Below, one piece after another: positions 39,092 to 48,237 of a DNA stretch of 61,016 bases. The position numbers and the translations under genes are program-made. Numbering within the stretch: position 1 is the stretch's first letter; the number at the start of each line of letters is the position of its first letter. The notes beneath the pieces were generated by a model that saw only the letters and a program-made list of their open reading frames with translations, searched no databases and was not told the DNA's origin. The stretch is from Minisyncoccia bacterium (GTDB taxonomy: Bacteria; Patescibacteriota; Minisyncoccia; Phycocordibacterales; UBA5272), in the NCBI GenBank assembly GCA_038326985.1, contig JBBQKQ010000003.1:1-61016 (forward strand), written 5' to 3'.

Positions 39092-39136
39092 ATTATACAC
39101 CCACTATTTTATTTTTACAAATGCAAGTCAATTGCA
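39092..39136 (-). promoter_or_regulatory. Promoter TTGTAA-17-TATAAT with adjacent TGCAA-N5-TTGCA palindrome
   Basis: -10 at 39092-39097, -35 at 39115-39120, palindrome at 39122-39136. Confidence 0.55.
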
Positions 39137-39143
39137 AGTAAAA

Positions 39144-39755
39144 TTACTCACTTAAACCATCTAGGTTTACATCGTAAAGCATTGCTTCACTTACAAGTTT
39201 GTAGCTATAAACTTCCTCTGGTGTAAACCAAGTTGAAACTTCAAAGTCGTACGCCTCTGGTCCGTCTGCTGGGTCAGTGCAGTGTATAAGATTGCGGAGT
39301 CCGCGAGATCCATCTACGTCACACATGAAAAATGAGTCTAGAGCATAGTCTCCACGAATAGTTCCCGTGTCTGCAGTTGTAGGCTCTGTGCCACCAACGA
39401 GTCTTTTTACTACAGCCTGAGCCTGGTTGCCTTCGATAACCATAACAACAACTGGACAAGCCGCCATATAGTGAACCATTGCTCGGATAATGTCTTTTCC
39501 ATACTCTATTGCCTCTTTTTCTATAGGCATTCCAAGCTTACCCTTGTTTTCAATAATTCCTTTCCCCTTTCTTTCGTACCAAGCGTCGTCTTTGTTGTAA
39601 TGTTTAAAAATTAAAGTTTCGTCAGCTTGAGTCATTTTCATGGCTACAATTTTTAAACCAATTCTCTCCACTCTTTTTATTACTTCACCAACCAAACCTC
39701 TTTGGATTGTGTCTGGTTTTAAGATTACAAATGTTCTTTCTTTTTTTGGATGCAT
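39144..39755 (-). CDS. ndk: Nucleoside diphosphate kinase (long variant)
   Basis: ERTFVILKPD, GTIRGDY, RNLIHC. Confidence 0.88.
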   Translation of the reverse strand: MHPKKERTFVILKPDTIQRGLVGEVIKRVERIGLKIVAMKMTQADETLIFKHYNKDDAWYERKGKGIIENKGKLGMPIEKEAIEYGKDIIRAMVHYMAACPVVVMVIEGNQAQAVVKRLVGGTEPTTADTGTIRGDYALDSFFMCDVDGSRGLRNLIHCTDPADGPEAYDFEVSTWFTPEEVYSYKLVSEAMLYDVNLDGLSE

Positions 39756-39781
39756 ATATATAATTAATGATTTATTATAGG

Positions 39782-40513
39782 CTATTTTACCACAACTTTT
39801 GTAATTATTACAGGATCAATTGGTCTATCGGCTTGTCCAGTTTTGACATTAGCAATTGCATCTACAGTTTCTATTCCGGAAATGACTTTTCCAAAAACAC
39901 TGTAAAGTGGTGGAAGCTGCATGTCTTTATGCATTATGAAAAATTGTGAGCCGTTGGTGTTTGGCCCAGAGTTGGCCATTGCTAGTGTTCCGCGAGAATA
40001 TCCAAGATTTTGTGAACCAGTTAATTCGTCCTGAAATTTTCCACCTTCAAAACTCATTCCCCCTGTTCCCCACGCAGCCATTTTTCCATCATCTTTTGAA
40101 AGTGGGTCACCAGCTTGAATCATAAAATCTTTTATAACTCGATGGAATTTCACACCATTGTAAAATCCTGAGTTCGCTAATTTTACAAAATTCTCAACTG
40201 TTTTTGGTGCAATTTTAGAATTTAGCTCTAAAATAATATTTCCTTTATTTGTTGTTAATGTTACTTTATATGTCTCTTTCATAGGATTTACTTTCGTGTT
40301 TGTATTTTGGTTTGATGTTGTTGCGCTCGCTAGATTACCATTTTCATTGGCAGTTTGCAATTGCATGCTGGTATTTATAACCTCTTGATTTTGTTGCTGG
40401 GTAATATCTGATAAATTATTTTGTGTAGTAGGAGCAGAGAATACATAATAAAGAAGACCTGCAAGTACAACAGCAAATGCACCGACAATTCCGATTATTA
40501 CATTTTTTTGCAT
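39782..40513 (-). CDS. Membrane-anchored cyclophilin-type PPIase
   Basis: FHRVIKDFMIQAGD, LAMANSGPNTNGSQFFI, VFGKV. Confidence 0.95.
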   Translation of the reverse strand: MQKNVIIGIVGAFAVVLAGLLYYVFSAPTTQNNLSDITQQQNQEVINTSMQLQTANENGNLASATTSNQNTNTKVNPMKETYKVTLTTNKGNIILELNSKIAPKTVENFVKLANSGFYNGVKFHRVIKDFMIQAGDPLSKDDGKMAAWGTGGMSFEGGKFQDELTGSQNLGYSRGTLAMANSGPNTNGSQFFIMHKDMQLPPLYSVFGKVISGIETVDAIANVKTGQADRPIDPVIITKVVVK

Positions 40514-40554
40514 GTTTATTTTTATATTAACATCGATTAGTTTAACACAAAAAA

Positions 40555-41166
40555 CTATTTTCTCAACTCATCAAACAATTCTAAAAAAGTGCTTTGAAAA
40601 AAATGACCCCTATTTGTAAATTTGTGAAAATTTGCCTCGAGAATGTTTTTTAAAATAAACTCAGAATTTTTAATTAAACATATAGTGTCATCTTCTGAAT
40701 GCCACAAATGTAAATTTTCAAATTTGTCTTTTAATTTGGAAATGTTTTGATAATCAAAAGTAAATGTTCCTGTTTGCTCTACGTCATTCTCTGGTTGAAA
40801 TTCGTCAGCAATAATTGGAGCAACTAAGTGGAGAGTTTTAATATTTTTTTGAAAAACATTTTCACTCAAATATTTTAAAATAAGAATAGTCCCTAATGAA
40901 TGTGCAACAATAATGACATTATTATTTTCAATTTTTTCAAGATACTTTTCAAAAATTATTTTCCAAATTTCATAATCAGAATTTCCTCTATCAGCAAATT
41001 TTGGAAAGATGAAATCATATTTGTCTTCTAAAGTCCAAGCAAGCCAATCTTTCCAACTTCTATATGTTTTTTCATCAATTTCACTATTTTTATAATATTC
41101 TAAAGCTTTTTCTCTGCTACTAAATGTATTTCCACCACTAATAAATATTATTGTTTCTTTCTCCAT
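40555..41166 (-). CDS. Alpha/beta hydrolase (YdeN/RBBP9-like)
   Basis: VAHSLG, HSEDD, RGHF. Confidence 0.85.
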   Translation of the reverse strand: MEKETIIFISGGNTFSSREKALEYYKNSEIDEKTYRSWKDWLAWTLEDKYDFIFPKFADRGNSDYEIWKIIFEKYLEKIENNNVIIVAHSLGTILILKYLSENVFQKNIKTLHLVAPIIADEFQPENDVEQTGTFTFDYQNISKLKDKFENLHLWHSEDDTICLIKNSEFILKNILEANFHKFTNRGHFFQSTFLELFDELRK

Positions 41167-41188
41167 TATTTAATTTTAACATGAAATT

Positions 41189-41593
41189 TTACCAATTCAT
41201 ATTACGCACCCACACCAAAAAGTCTTGTTTTTTACTTTCATACCAGCTCATTTTTCGTAAATTTTCCTCTACTTTAGTTACTGTTGCAACGTCACCGTAT
41301 AAAATAATCAGTTTTTCTCCATCATCGAGTTTGCTAAAAAACTCCTTTTCATATCTAGCTTTTCCCTCGTCAGTCTTTAAAGTTTTGTTTACCTCTTCTT
41401 TTTTATCATTTTTATTTTTAAGTATCTGAAGATCATTTTCAGCTTTTTCCACCCTACCACTCATGGTTAGCCAAACAGGTATAATTCTAAAATTCCAATA
41501 CAAAAAAAGACTGAAAACTGCAAAATATAAAATTGTAGCCGGTGGGCTAGTTAGTATTTTTCTTATTGTCCATCTCTGATTATGAATTCTCAT
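41189..41593 (-). CDS. FtsB/DivIC-like TM + coiled-coil protein
   Basis: TM, coiled coil, ARYEKE...GEKLIIL. Confidence 0.5.
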   Translation of the reverse strand: MRIHNQRWTIRKILTSPPATILYFAVFSLFLYWNFRIIPVWLTMSGRVEKAENDLQILKNKNDKKEEVNKTLKTDEGKARYEKEFFSKLDDGEKLIILYGDVATVTKVEENLRKMSWYESKKQDFLVWVRNMNW

Positions 41594-41655
41594 CTTAAGA
41601 TCAAGTTTATCATAGAAATTTTTTATGTTATAATACTTTTTATAAAAACTAATAT

Positions 41656-41766
41656 ATGTTTAACAATGAAAATAAAAAAACCCGTGAAATGGTAATGAAA
41701 GTATTAGCTGTGCTAATAATAATTTCCTTTGTAGGTTTTGCTGTTGCACCCGCATTTTTGCGATAA
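41656..41766 (+). CDS. 36-aa single-TM small protein (absent from ORF track)
   Basis: MFNNENKKTREMVMKVLAVLIIISFVGFAVAPAFLR; TGTTATAAT at 41626-41634. Confidence 0.6.
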   Translation: MFNNENKKTREMVMKVLAVLIIISFVGFAVAPAFLR

Positions 41767-41769
41767 TAA

Positions 41770-42495
41770 ATGTTAGCGTTTTATATTATTGCCTTAATCC
41801 TTTGTTTTCTAGGAATAATTTTAAATCTACCTGGTTCAATTCATATTAACCCAATATTGCTGCATTAATATGACCCCAAAACTGCTTTACTAATGTCTCT
41901 GACTTTTTTAACTCTCGGTGCACTTTCAAGGATAATAATTTTTCAAAAAGAGATTATAAAAGACGACTTATTATATATTGTACTTTTTGGAATTTTAGGA
42001 GGGGCTTTAGGAGGATTTCTTGTTGGTAAAATACCTGATAAATATTTAATAATAGTTTTCTTAATTACAGGTGCAAAATATATTTATGATTTCTTTTTTA
42101 AAATCAAAAAAGAAATCAGCTTAAATACCAAAAATCATTTCTTGAGCTTATTTTTTACAGGAACAATAGCTTCTTTATTTTCTGCTTTTGGTTTACCTGG
42201 GGGTTCAATAAGACAAGGTTATTATTTTTCCAGAGGCTACACCCTACAACAAGTTCAAGGTACCGCAGCTGTTATTTTTTTTACGAGTGGACTTTTTAGT
42301 ATTTTGTCTCGCTTATACTTTGAAAATTTGGGTCTAGAAAAAATATATTTAATACTTCCTTTGTTTCTACCAATGTTACTTGTGATGTATTTTGCAAAAA
42401 AAGTTTCCTACAAAATCCCTAAAATTTGGCAAGATAGAATAATTATTTACTCATTAGTAGTTTCACTACTTTCAGTTATTCCAAAATTATTTTAA
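41770..42495 (+). pseudogene. TauE/SafE family permease with in-frame TAA at 41866-41868
   Basis: ATG 41770 is in frame with 41893 ORF: NPILLH*YDPKTA; FGLPGG...QGTAA. Confidence 0.7.
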
Positions 42496-44324
42496 TCTTC
42501 TCGTTTTTTCACATCACCATTTCTCATCATTTCTAAAAATGTATCCTGAGAAATATGAACTTTTGCAAAAGCCTGCATTTTCTTTTTTCCTTTTTTCTGT
42601 TTATCTAGAAGTTTATTTTTACGAGTCACATCTCCCCCGTATAGATATCCTGTCACATCTTTTTTCATTGCTGAAATTGACCGAGAAGAAATAATTTTTC
42701 CATCTACCTTTGCTTGAATTTTAATTGTGAATAATTCTCTAGGTAAAATAGCATGCAGCTTTTCTACCACTTCCTCTCCCTCTTTTTGCACACGGCGCGC
42801 CCCCACAACTCTTGAGAATGCTGCCACAACCTCTTCAGCAACCAAAACTTCAAGTCTTCTCACGTCTGCTTTTTGGTGACCAATCGGCTCGTATGTTACA
42901 GATGCGTACCCACTCGATACACTTTTTAGCTCGTCAAAAAAGTTTCGCATAAGCTCACGAAGTGGCATGTCAACATGCATAGCAAAACGCTCCCCCGAAA
43001 AGACATCAGTTGCTTGTAAAATACCCTCATGGTCATACAAAATTTTTGTCACCGGCGAAACATAGTCTGGTGGACAAATAATTGTTAATTTTACAATTGG
43101 CTCGAGACACTCCAAATAATTATTATGATCTGGAAAATTTGCAGGGTTGTAAATCGTCTCTACCACTCCATTTTTCTGAGTTACTAAATATGGAATTGAG
43201 GGAGTGGTGATAATTAGTTCCAAATTAAACTCACGCCGAAGTCTTTCGGTAATGATTTCCAGGTGAAGCATTCCTAAAAACCCACACCGAAAACCACGAC
43301 CTAAAATTCCCGATGCTTCTTCTTCAAAACTAAGGCTTGAGTCTGAAAGTTTTAGTTTTAAAAGTGCCAAACGCAGCTCATGAAAATAGTCTTGTTCTTC
43401 TGGGTAAATACTTGCAAATACTAGCGGCCTTGCTTCAGAGTATCCTGGTATCGGGGGTAATCTGTCTTTTGTAGAAAGTATTGTATCTCCTACTTTAGTT
43501 ATTCCTGGTTCTTTAATGCCAGTCACGATGTAACCAATTTCTCCAGCTTCAAGAAATTGTTTTTTAACTTTTTCTGGTTTAAATATTCCACACTCGCTCA
43601 CCACAAACTTTTTTTGTGGTTCATTAAAAATGAGCTCGTCTCCTACATTTATTTTTCCGTCAAACACACGTATAAAAACAATTACACCTTGGTGGTTTGA
43701 ATATCCAAAGTCAAATATTAGTGCTCGACTACCTTTACGCTCAGTTTCTCCTCCTTCATAAGCAGGGGTTAAGGGGGGTTTTGGTCCTGGCACTTTGCTA
43801 AATATTTCTGTTAAAAGTTTTTCTACACCTTCTCCAGTTTTACCTGATACATAGTTAATATCAGATTTCTCACACCCAAGAAGTTCTATTAATTCTTGTT
43901 CAACTTTTGGTAAGTCCGATAGCGGTGAGTCAATTTTAGATATCACAGGTAAAATTGTTAGACCTGCGTCTTTTGCCATTTGTAGCACTGTAATAGTTTG
44001 CGCTTGTACACCCTGGGTTGCGTCTACTAACATTAGAGCACCTTCTACCGCACGGAGACTTCTGGAGACTTCATAAGAAAAATCAATATGTCCTGGAGTG
44101 TCAATAAGGTTAAAAATAACCTGCTCGCCATTAATAGGAAACTCCATTCTTACTGGTTGCATTTTAATTGTGATTCCCCTTTCACGTTCGAGATCCATCG
44201 AGTCTAAAACTTGGTCTTGCATGTGTCTTTTTTCGATAGTTTTAGTCACTTCCAAAAAGCGGTCTGACAAAGTAGACTTTCCGTGGTCGATGTGAGCAAT
44301 GATAGAAAAATTTCGGATTTGCAT
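42492..44324 (-). CDS. lepA: Elongation factor 4
   Basis: IRNFSIIAHIDHGKST, LIDTPGH, RCGFLGMLH, KDVTGYLYGGDVTRKNKLL. Confidence 0.98.
   Translation of the reverse strand: MQIRNFSIIAHIDHGKSTLSDRFLEVTKTIEKRHMQDQVLDSMDLERERGITIKMQPVRMEFPINGEQVIFNLIDTPGHIDFSYEVSRSLRAVEGALMLVDATQGVQAQTITVLQMAKDAGLTILPVISKIDSPLSDLPKVEQELIELLGCEKSDINYVSGKTGEGVEKLLTEIFSKVPGPKPPLTPAYEGGETERKGSRALIFDFGYSNHQGVIVFIRVFDGKINVGDELIFNEPQKKFVVSECGIFKPEKVKKQFLEAGEIGYIVTGIKEPGITKVGDTILSTKDRLPPIPGYSEARPLVFASIYPEEQDYFHELRLALLKLKLSDSSLSFEEEASGILGRGFRCGFLGMLHLEIITERLRREFNLELIITTPSIPYLVTQKNGVVETIYNPANFPDHNNYLECLEPIVKLTIICPPDYVSPVTKILYDHEGILQATDVFSGERFAMHVDMPLRELMRNFFDELKSVSSGYASVTYEPIGHQKADVRRLEVLVAEEVVAAFSRVVGARRVQKEGEEVVEKLHAILPRELFTIKIQAKVDGKIISSRSISAMKKDVTGYLYGGDVTRKNKLLDKQKKGKKKMQAFAKVHISQDTFLEMMRNGDVKKRED
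43746..43779 (-). repeat. Dispersed palindromic repeat, in frame inside lepA
   Basis: ACCCCCCTTAACCCCTGCTTATGAAGGAGGAGAA; 28/34 identical to proS copy; encodes PPLTPAYEGGE. Confidence 0.82.
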
Positions 44325-44366
44325 AAATTTCTTGAATTATACCATTTTTCTTATAAATATTCTTTA

Positions 44367-44801
44367 TTAAATCTCAGAAAAAAATATTCCATTTTGAATA
44401 TTTTCAATCGCTTTTTTAATATATGGAACAATGTTGATAGGTAAATTGTCTATTTCAAACCATTGCAAATCGTCACACTTATTTGGCTCCATATTTTGTA
44501 TATCCCCATTCCACTTGGAGCAAGTGTAAAAAACGTCAATTCTAAAGTCAATCATTTCTTTTCCATTATACCTATGCATAATTTGGACCAATTTTAAATC
44601 TTCTTCTTTTACCTCGACCCCAATTTCCTCTTTTAATTCACGTATTCCACAATCTAAAAATCTTTCTCCTTTTTCTACGTGACCTGCAGGGAAACTATAA
44701 AATCCATCCATGTACCCAGTTTGAAACCTTCTTGAAAGAAGAATTTTATTTCCATCTTTTAAAATAATATATCCAGAAGGGATTAGAAAATGTTTTTGCA
44801 T
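44367..44801 (-). CDS. NUDIX hydrolase
   Basis: PAGHVEKGE....GIRELKEEIG; NMEPNKC. Confidence 0.92.
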   Translation of the reverse strand: MQKHFLIPSGYIILKDGNKILLSRRFQTGYMDGFYSFPAGHVEKGERFLDCGIRELKEEIGVEVKEEDLKLVQIMHRYNGKEMIDFRIDVFYTCSKWNGDIQNMEPNKCDDLQWFEIDNLPINIVPYIKKAIENIQNGIFFSEI

Positions 44802-46360
44802 AATTTTAGAAATACTTTATCTTGCAATATTAGTAACATTGAAAAATAAGCAAGTAAAGCCAGAAAAATTTTAAAAATAAAAATTGCAAAAAAGTTTTGT
44901 AAATGAAAAATATTTTGTAAATAATTAAAAACATAGTTGAAATTTATAAGTATAAAAATAAATATCAAGAAAGATTTATAAATATTTTTAATAATTTCTA
45001 AATATGAAAGTTGGCCTTTGGAGTTTAAAATTAAAAGTATAGAAAAGAAAACTGTGCAGACACCAAAACAAATTGCATAGACAAGTGAAAACAAAATGTT
45101 ATGTAAAAATATATTTAAAATATATGTTCCAGACAAAATAGTAATAAGTAGTTGAGCTGTTGTTAGGGATGCTAGATTTGCCTGAGAAGTGGAATACAAA
45201 TATTTTCTAATAACTTCGGAAGTGTTCATGAAAGGAAGTGAGAAAAGCAGAACTGCAAAAAGGCTCGATATTGTAGTTAATGAGTAAGTAGAAAGAGAAG
45301 AAAAATAATACACAATTTGTACAAGCTCTTTTACGTTTAATATCCCCAAAAGTGAAAAAGGAATTGTAATAAAGAAAATAAGAATAACAGAACTTTCTAG
45401 ACTTTGTTTTTGTTCGCTTTTTGCCCCAACAATATGAAGTTTTGAAAAGCTAGTCATGAGTGCTGTACCAAATGAGGCACCAATTACAAAAAATGCGGCT
45501 AAATACAAATTGTAAGCAATGGAAAACTGAGAAACACTACCAACACCCGCATAAGAAGAAATAGAAACTATAACAACACCATAAATTTGAAAAAGTAGAA
45601 CTGCAAAGAATCTATTGGAATTATTTTTTACAAATTGCAACCATTTTTGTAATTTAATTTCTAGTCTGAAATGCTTTAATATCTCCATACTTTCACGGTT
45701 ACAAACCTGTACTAACATAAAGAAAAATGAACCCACAATAACCGATATTACCACGCCATAAATACCTAAATTTGGTACTAGTAAAATAGAGCCAACCAAG
45801 ATAATGAAGCTATAAACAAAACCGGCCGAAGCCATACCAAGATTTTTTCCATAAACCATACCTATGCTTCCTGCCAATATTCCAATGGGAAAGAAAAATT
45901 GGGCAAATAATAGTAAATGAGCAAGAGATATTAGTGTTTGTAAATTTTCCGAATTAAAAGTAGGAGCTAAAAATTTTGCAATTGGACCCATAAAAATGAA
46001 AAGAAAAATGAAAATGAACAACATCATAAAAAATACCAAGCTTCCAGTTTCTTTTACACGCTCAATTATTTCTTGTTCATTATTTTCACAAGCTTCGCCG
46101 TTTTTGTTTTTATGTTTTGCCTCTGTAAGTAGAGGAATAAAAATAACAGAACCCAAAAATACACTGTAAAATATATTTAAAAAATCTGGAACTTTTAAAG
46201 CTAGATAATAAATATCTAAAGTAGGTCCGATACCAAAAACTTTTACTAAATACAAATCCCTTATTAATCCAAAAATCTGTGCCAGTAAAATAAAAACGGA
46301 AAAAAGTATCGTGGTTTTAAAAATTTTCGCCTGCATTTTCACCTGGTTTACATTGAACAT
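44783..46360 (-). CDS. murJ: Lipid II flippase MurJ-like
   Basis: GLIRD...FGIG...DIYYLALKVPD, many TMs. Confidence 0.8.
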   Translation of the reverse strand: MFNVNQVKMQAKIFKTTILFSVFILLAQIFGLIRDLYLVKVFGIGPTLDIYYLALKVPDFLNIFYSVFLGSVIFIPLLTEAKHKNKNGEACENNEQEIIERVKETGSLVFFMMLFIFIFLFIFMGPIAKFLAPTFNSENLQTLISLAHLLLFAQFFFPIGILAGSIGMVYGKNLGMASAGFVYSFIILVGSILLVPNLGIYGVVISVIVGSFFFMLVQVCNRESMEILKHFRLEIKLQKWLQFVKNNSNRFFAVLLFQIYGVVIVSISSYAGVGSVSQFSIAYNLYLAAFFVIGASFGTALMTSFSKLHIVGAKSEQKQSLESSVILIFFITIPFSLLGILNVKELVQIVYYFSSLSTYSLTTISSLFAVLLFSLPFMNTSEVIRKYLYSTSQANLASLTTAQLLITILSGTYILNIFLHNILFSLVYAICFGVCTVFFSILLILNSKGQLSYLEIIKNIYKSFLIFIFILINFNYVFNYLQNIFHLQNFFAIFIFKIFLALLAYFSMLLILQDKVFLKLCKNIF

Positions 46361-47324
46361 ATGGTTTACTACTTTCCAAAACTTTTATTACAGTTCCTCT
46401 AAAATATTTTTTACCTATTAAGTCATACTCAATATCATTTGTGGAATCTCGCAGATTATTTATTAAAAGTTTAGCATTGTCTATAACAAAAGTACATTCA
46501 CCAATAAGATTAACTTTACTTCTATCAACCCCAAACATAAAATCATTTGCATAGGCACGATTTGTAGCCAATATTTTATAACCCTCATAGTCTCCGGTAA
46601 AAACTTGTTTACCTGTTAAATATATTCCTCGTGGATGAGTATCGTAAGTATATTTATTGTATCCAAAGCGGACATTTATAACGGTGTTCATTCCATTGGT
46701 AAAAGTGGGTTTTGCTTTTACTGGAACCACAGGAACCACAGGAACCACTGGAACCACAGGAACCACAGCTGGAACTTGCTCAGGTTTATTATCACAAATG
46801 TTGGTTTCTGAATTATAAATTTGTAAATCTGTACAAGTAGGTTTTTCTGGCTCAGGCTCATTTTGATAAACCACAATTGGTTTTACAACAGGTGGAATTA
46901 TTGGCTCATTAGCCCCATTATTTGTTATGGCATGAGGAGTAACAGTGGGTTGGAAGTTTAAAAAGAAATAAACGAAGCCCAAAGAAAAAATAATTGCACC
47001 AAGAGTTAAAAACAGTGGTAGGAGAAATGGTTTTATTTTGTGTACAAAACTTTCACCTTGGTAATTTACAGCTTTGGAAGAATCATCTAATAATTTTTCC
47101 GATTTGATTTTCGGATCAGCAATTTTATCAATTTCTTGGTGGGTACCTTTTTCTTCTTTTTCTAGCCGGACAATTCTATTTTCGATTTCTTTTAAAATCT
47201 CATCTCCTCCTGCGAAGTTTTCTAACTCGCTCAAATCTAAATCTTTAGAGACAATTTCTGGTGAAATATTTTTTTCGATATTTCCACTTAAATTAGGGGT
47301 GTCTGCATTTGACATATTATGCAA
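46317..47324 (-). CDS. Single-TM hypothetical protein with Pro/Val-rich linker
   Basis: Acidic N-terminus, TM, VPV repeats, C-terminal globular domain. Confidence 0.65.
   Translation of the reverse strand: MHNMSNADTPNLSGNIEKNISPEIVSKDLDLSELENFAGGDEILKEIENRIVRLEKEEKGTHQEIDKIADPKIKSEKLLDDSSKAVNYQGESFVHKIKPFLLPLFLTLGAIIFSLGFVYFFLNFQPTVTPHAITNNGANEPIIPPVVKPIVVYQNEPEPEKPTCTDLQIYNSETNICDNKPEQVPAVVPVVPVVPVVPVVPVKAKPTFTNGMNTVINVRFGYNKYTYDTHPRGIYLTGKQVFTGDYEGYKILATNRAYANDFMFGVDRSKVNLIGECTFVIDNAKLLINNLRDSTNDIEYDLIGKKYFRGTVIKVLESSKPYVQCKPGENAGENF
46723..46767. repeat. 9-bp tandem repeat x5 encoding (VVP)n
   Basis: ggaaccaca x2, ggaaccact, ggaaccaca x2. Confidence 0.9.
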
Positions 47325-47404
47325 ATAAGTATAACATAAAAATTTTTTTCAAAGTCAAAATAAATTCAAAATACACAACCTATCGGGTTGTGTATAATGA
47401 TATT

Positions 47405-47688
47405 ACATGCTCATAAGCCGAATTCTGTTTTTCAAAAAGTTATTTATCTGGGATAATTATTACTAACCACCTCAAGCGGCACTTCTTCTTTCGAAGACAC
47501 GGCCTTGCACGCGGGTAAACATTTAGCCGTTTCATTTGAATTTAATCAACTCGTTTCTGTTCGCAGATCTTAGATCACTCTAGATGGGCGTTACCCACTA
47601 CCTTTTTACAAATATTGCTATTTGTTCGTGTTCGGACTTTCCTCTAAAATTTTTCTTTCGAAATATTTTAGCAACTTTTTCGACATGT
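47405..47688 (-). ncRNA. rnpB: RNase P RNA (~284 nt)
   Basis: GAGGAAAGTCCG, GGGTAACGCCC, ACAGAAACG, TGAAACGG, GTGCAAG, AACAGAATTCGGCTTA; TGTTATAAT promoter at ~47696. Confidence 0.93.
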
Positions 47689-47752
47689 GTAAATATTATA
47701 ACATTTTTTAAAAAGTTATGTTAGACTAATTTTTAAGAAAAATAATTTTATT

Positions 47753-48193
47753 ATGCAAGAAGAAATACAGAAAATAAAACTCCAAATTCAAGACCTAGAA
47801 GAAGGGCTAACAAAAGGAAAATCCAAGCCAAAAATTCTGTTAATTCACGAGGCGACAATTAAAGTTATAGATATTGAAAAAAACTTGCAAGCGCAAAAAG
47901 AAACCTTAGAGTACATGATGCCAGACTTTGTCCTGCTAAAAGGAAAACTAGCAAATTTAAAATCTACAATAGAATTGGGAAGTATCGAAAAGGCAAAAAC
48001 TTTAACAAGCGCTACCACTTCCTGCGCTGTACTTTTTCTTCCCCAGATTTTAATAACTACTTTTTTTAGTATGGCTACAAATTTCCCAAACGACATTGCA
48101 AAATCAGAATTTGGCCTTGTATATATTATGAGTATAATGTTTTTAGTTTCAATACTTTGTCTTTTATTTTTACATTTTAAAAAATATATATAA
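47753..48193 (+). CDS. Hypothetical protein, coiled coil plus 2 C-terminal TMs
   Basis: 146-aa ORF. Confidence 0.55.
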   Translation: MQEEIQKIKLQIQDLEEGLTKGKSKPKILLIHEATIKVIDIEKNLQAQKETLEYMMPDFVLLKGKLANLKSTIELGSIEKAKTLTSATTSCAVLFLPQILITTFFSMATNFPNDIAKSEFGLVYIMSIMFLVSILCLLFLHFKKYI

Positions 48194-48237
48194 TTAGCAG
48201 TTTAAATGTGGTATTTCTTTTGTGATATAATCATATT

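Noticed and set aside
38996-39226. 76-aa + strand ORF
   Set aside because: Overlaps fur and ndk antisense; its SSPLQGEVRWG segment is just the repeat read in reverse.
27729-42495. TAA/TAG reassignment to explain in-frame stops in aminotransferase, kinase and TauE
   Set aside because: TAA and TAG end nearly all genes at expected positions, the implied residues differ, and no suppressor anticodon is present.
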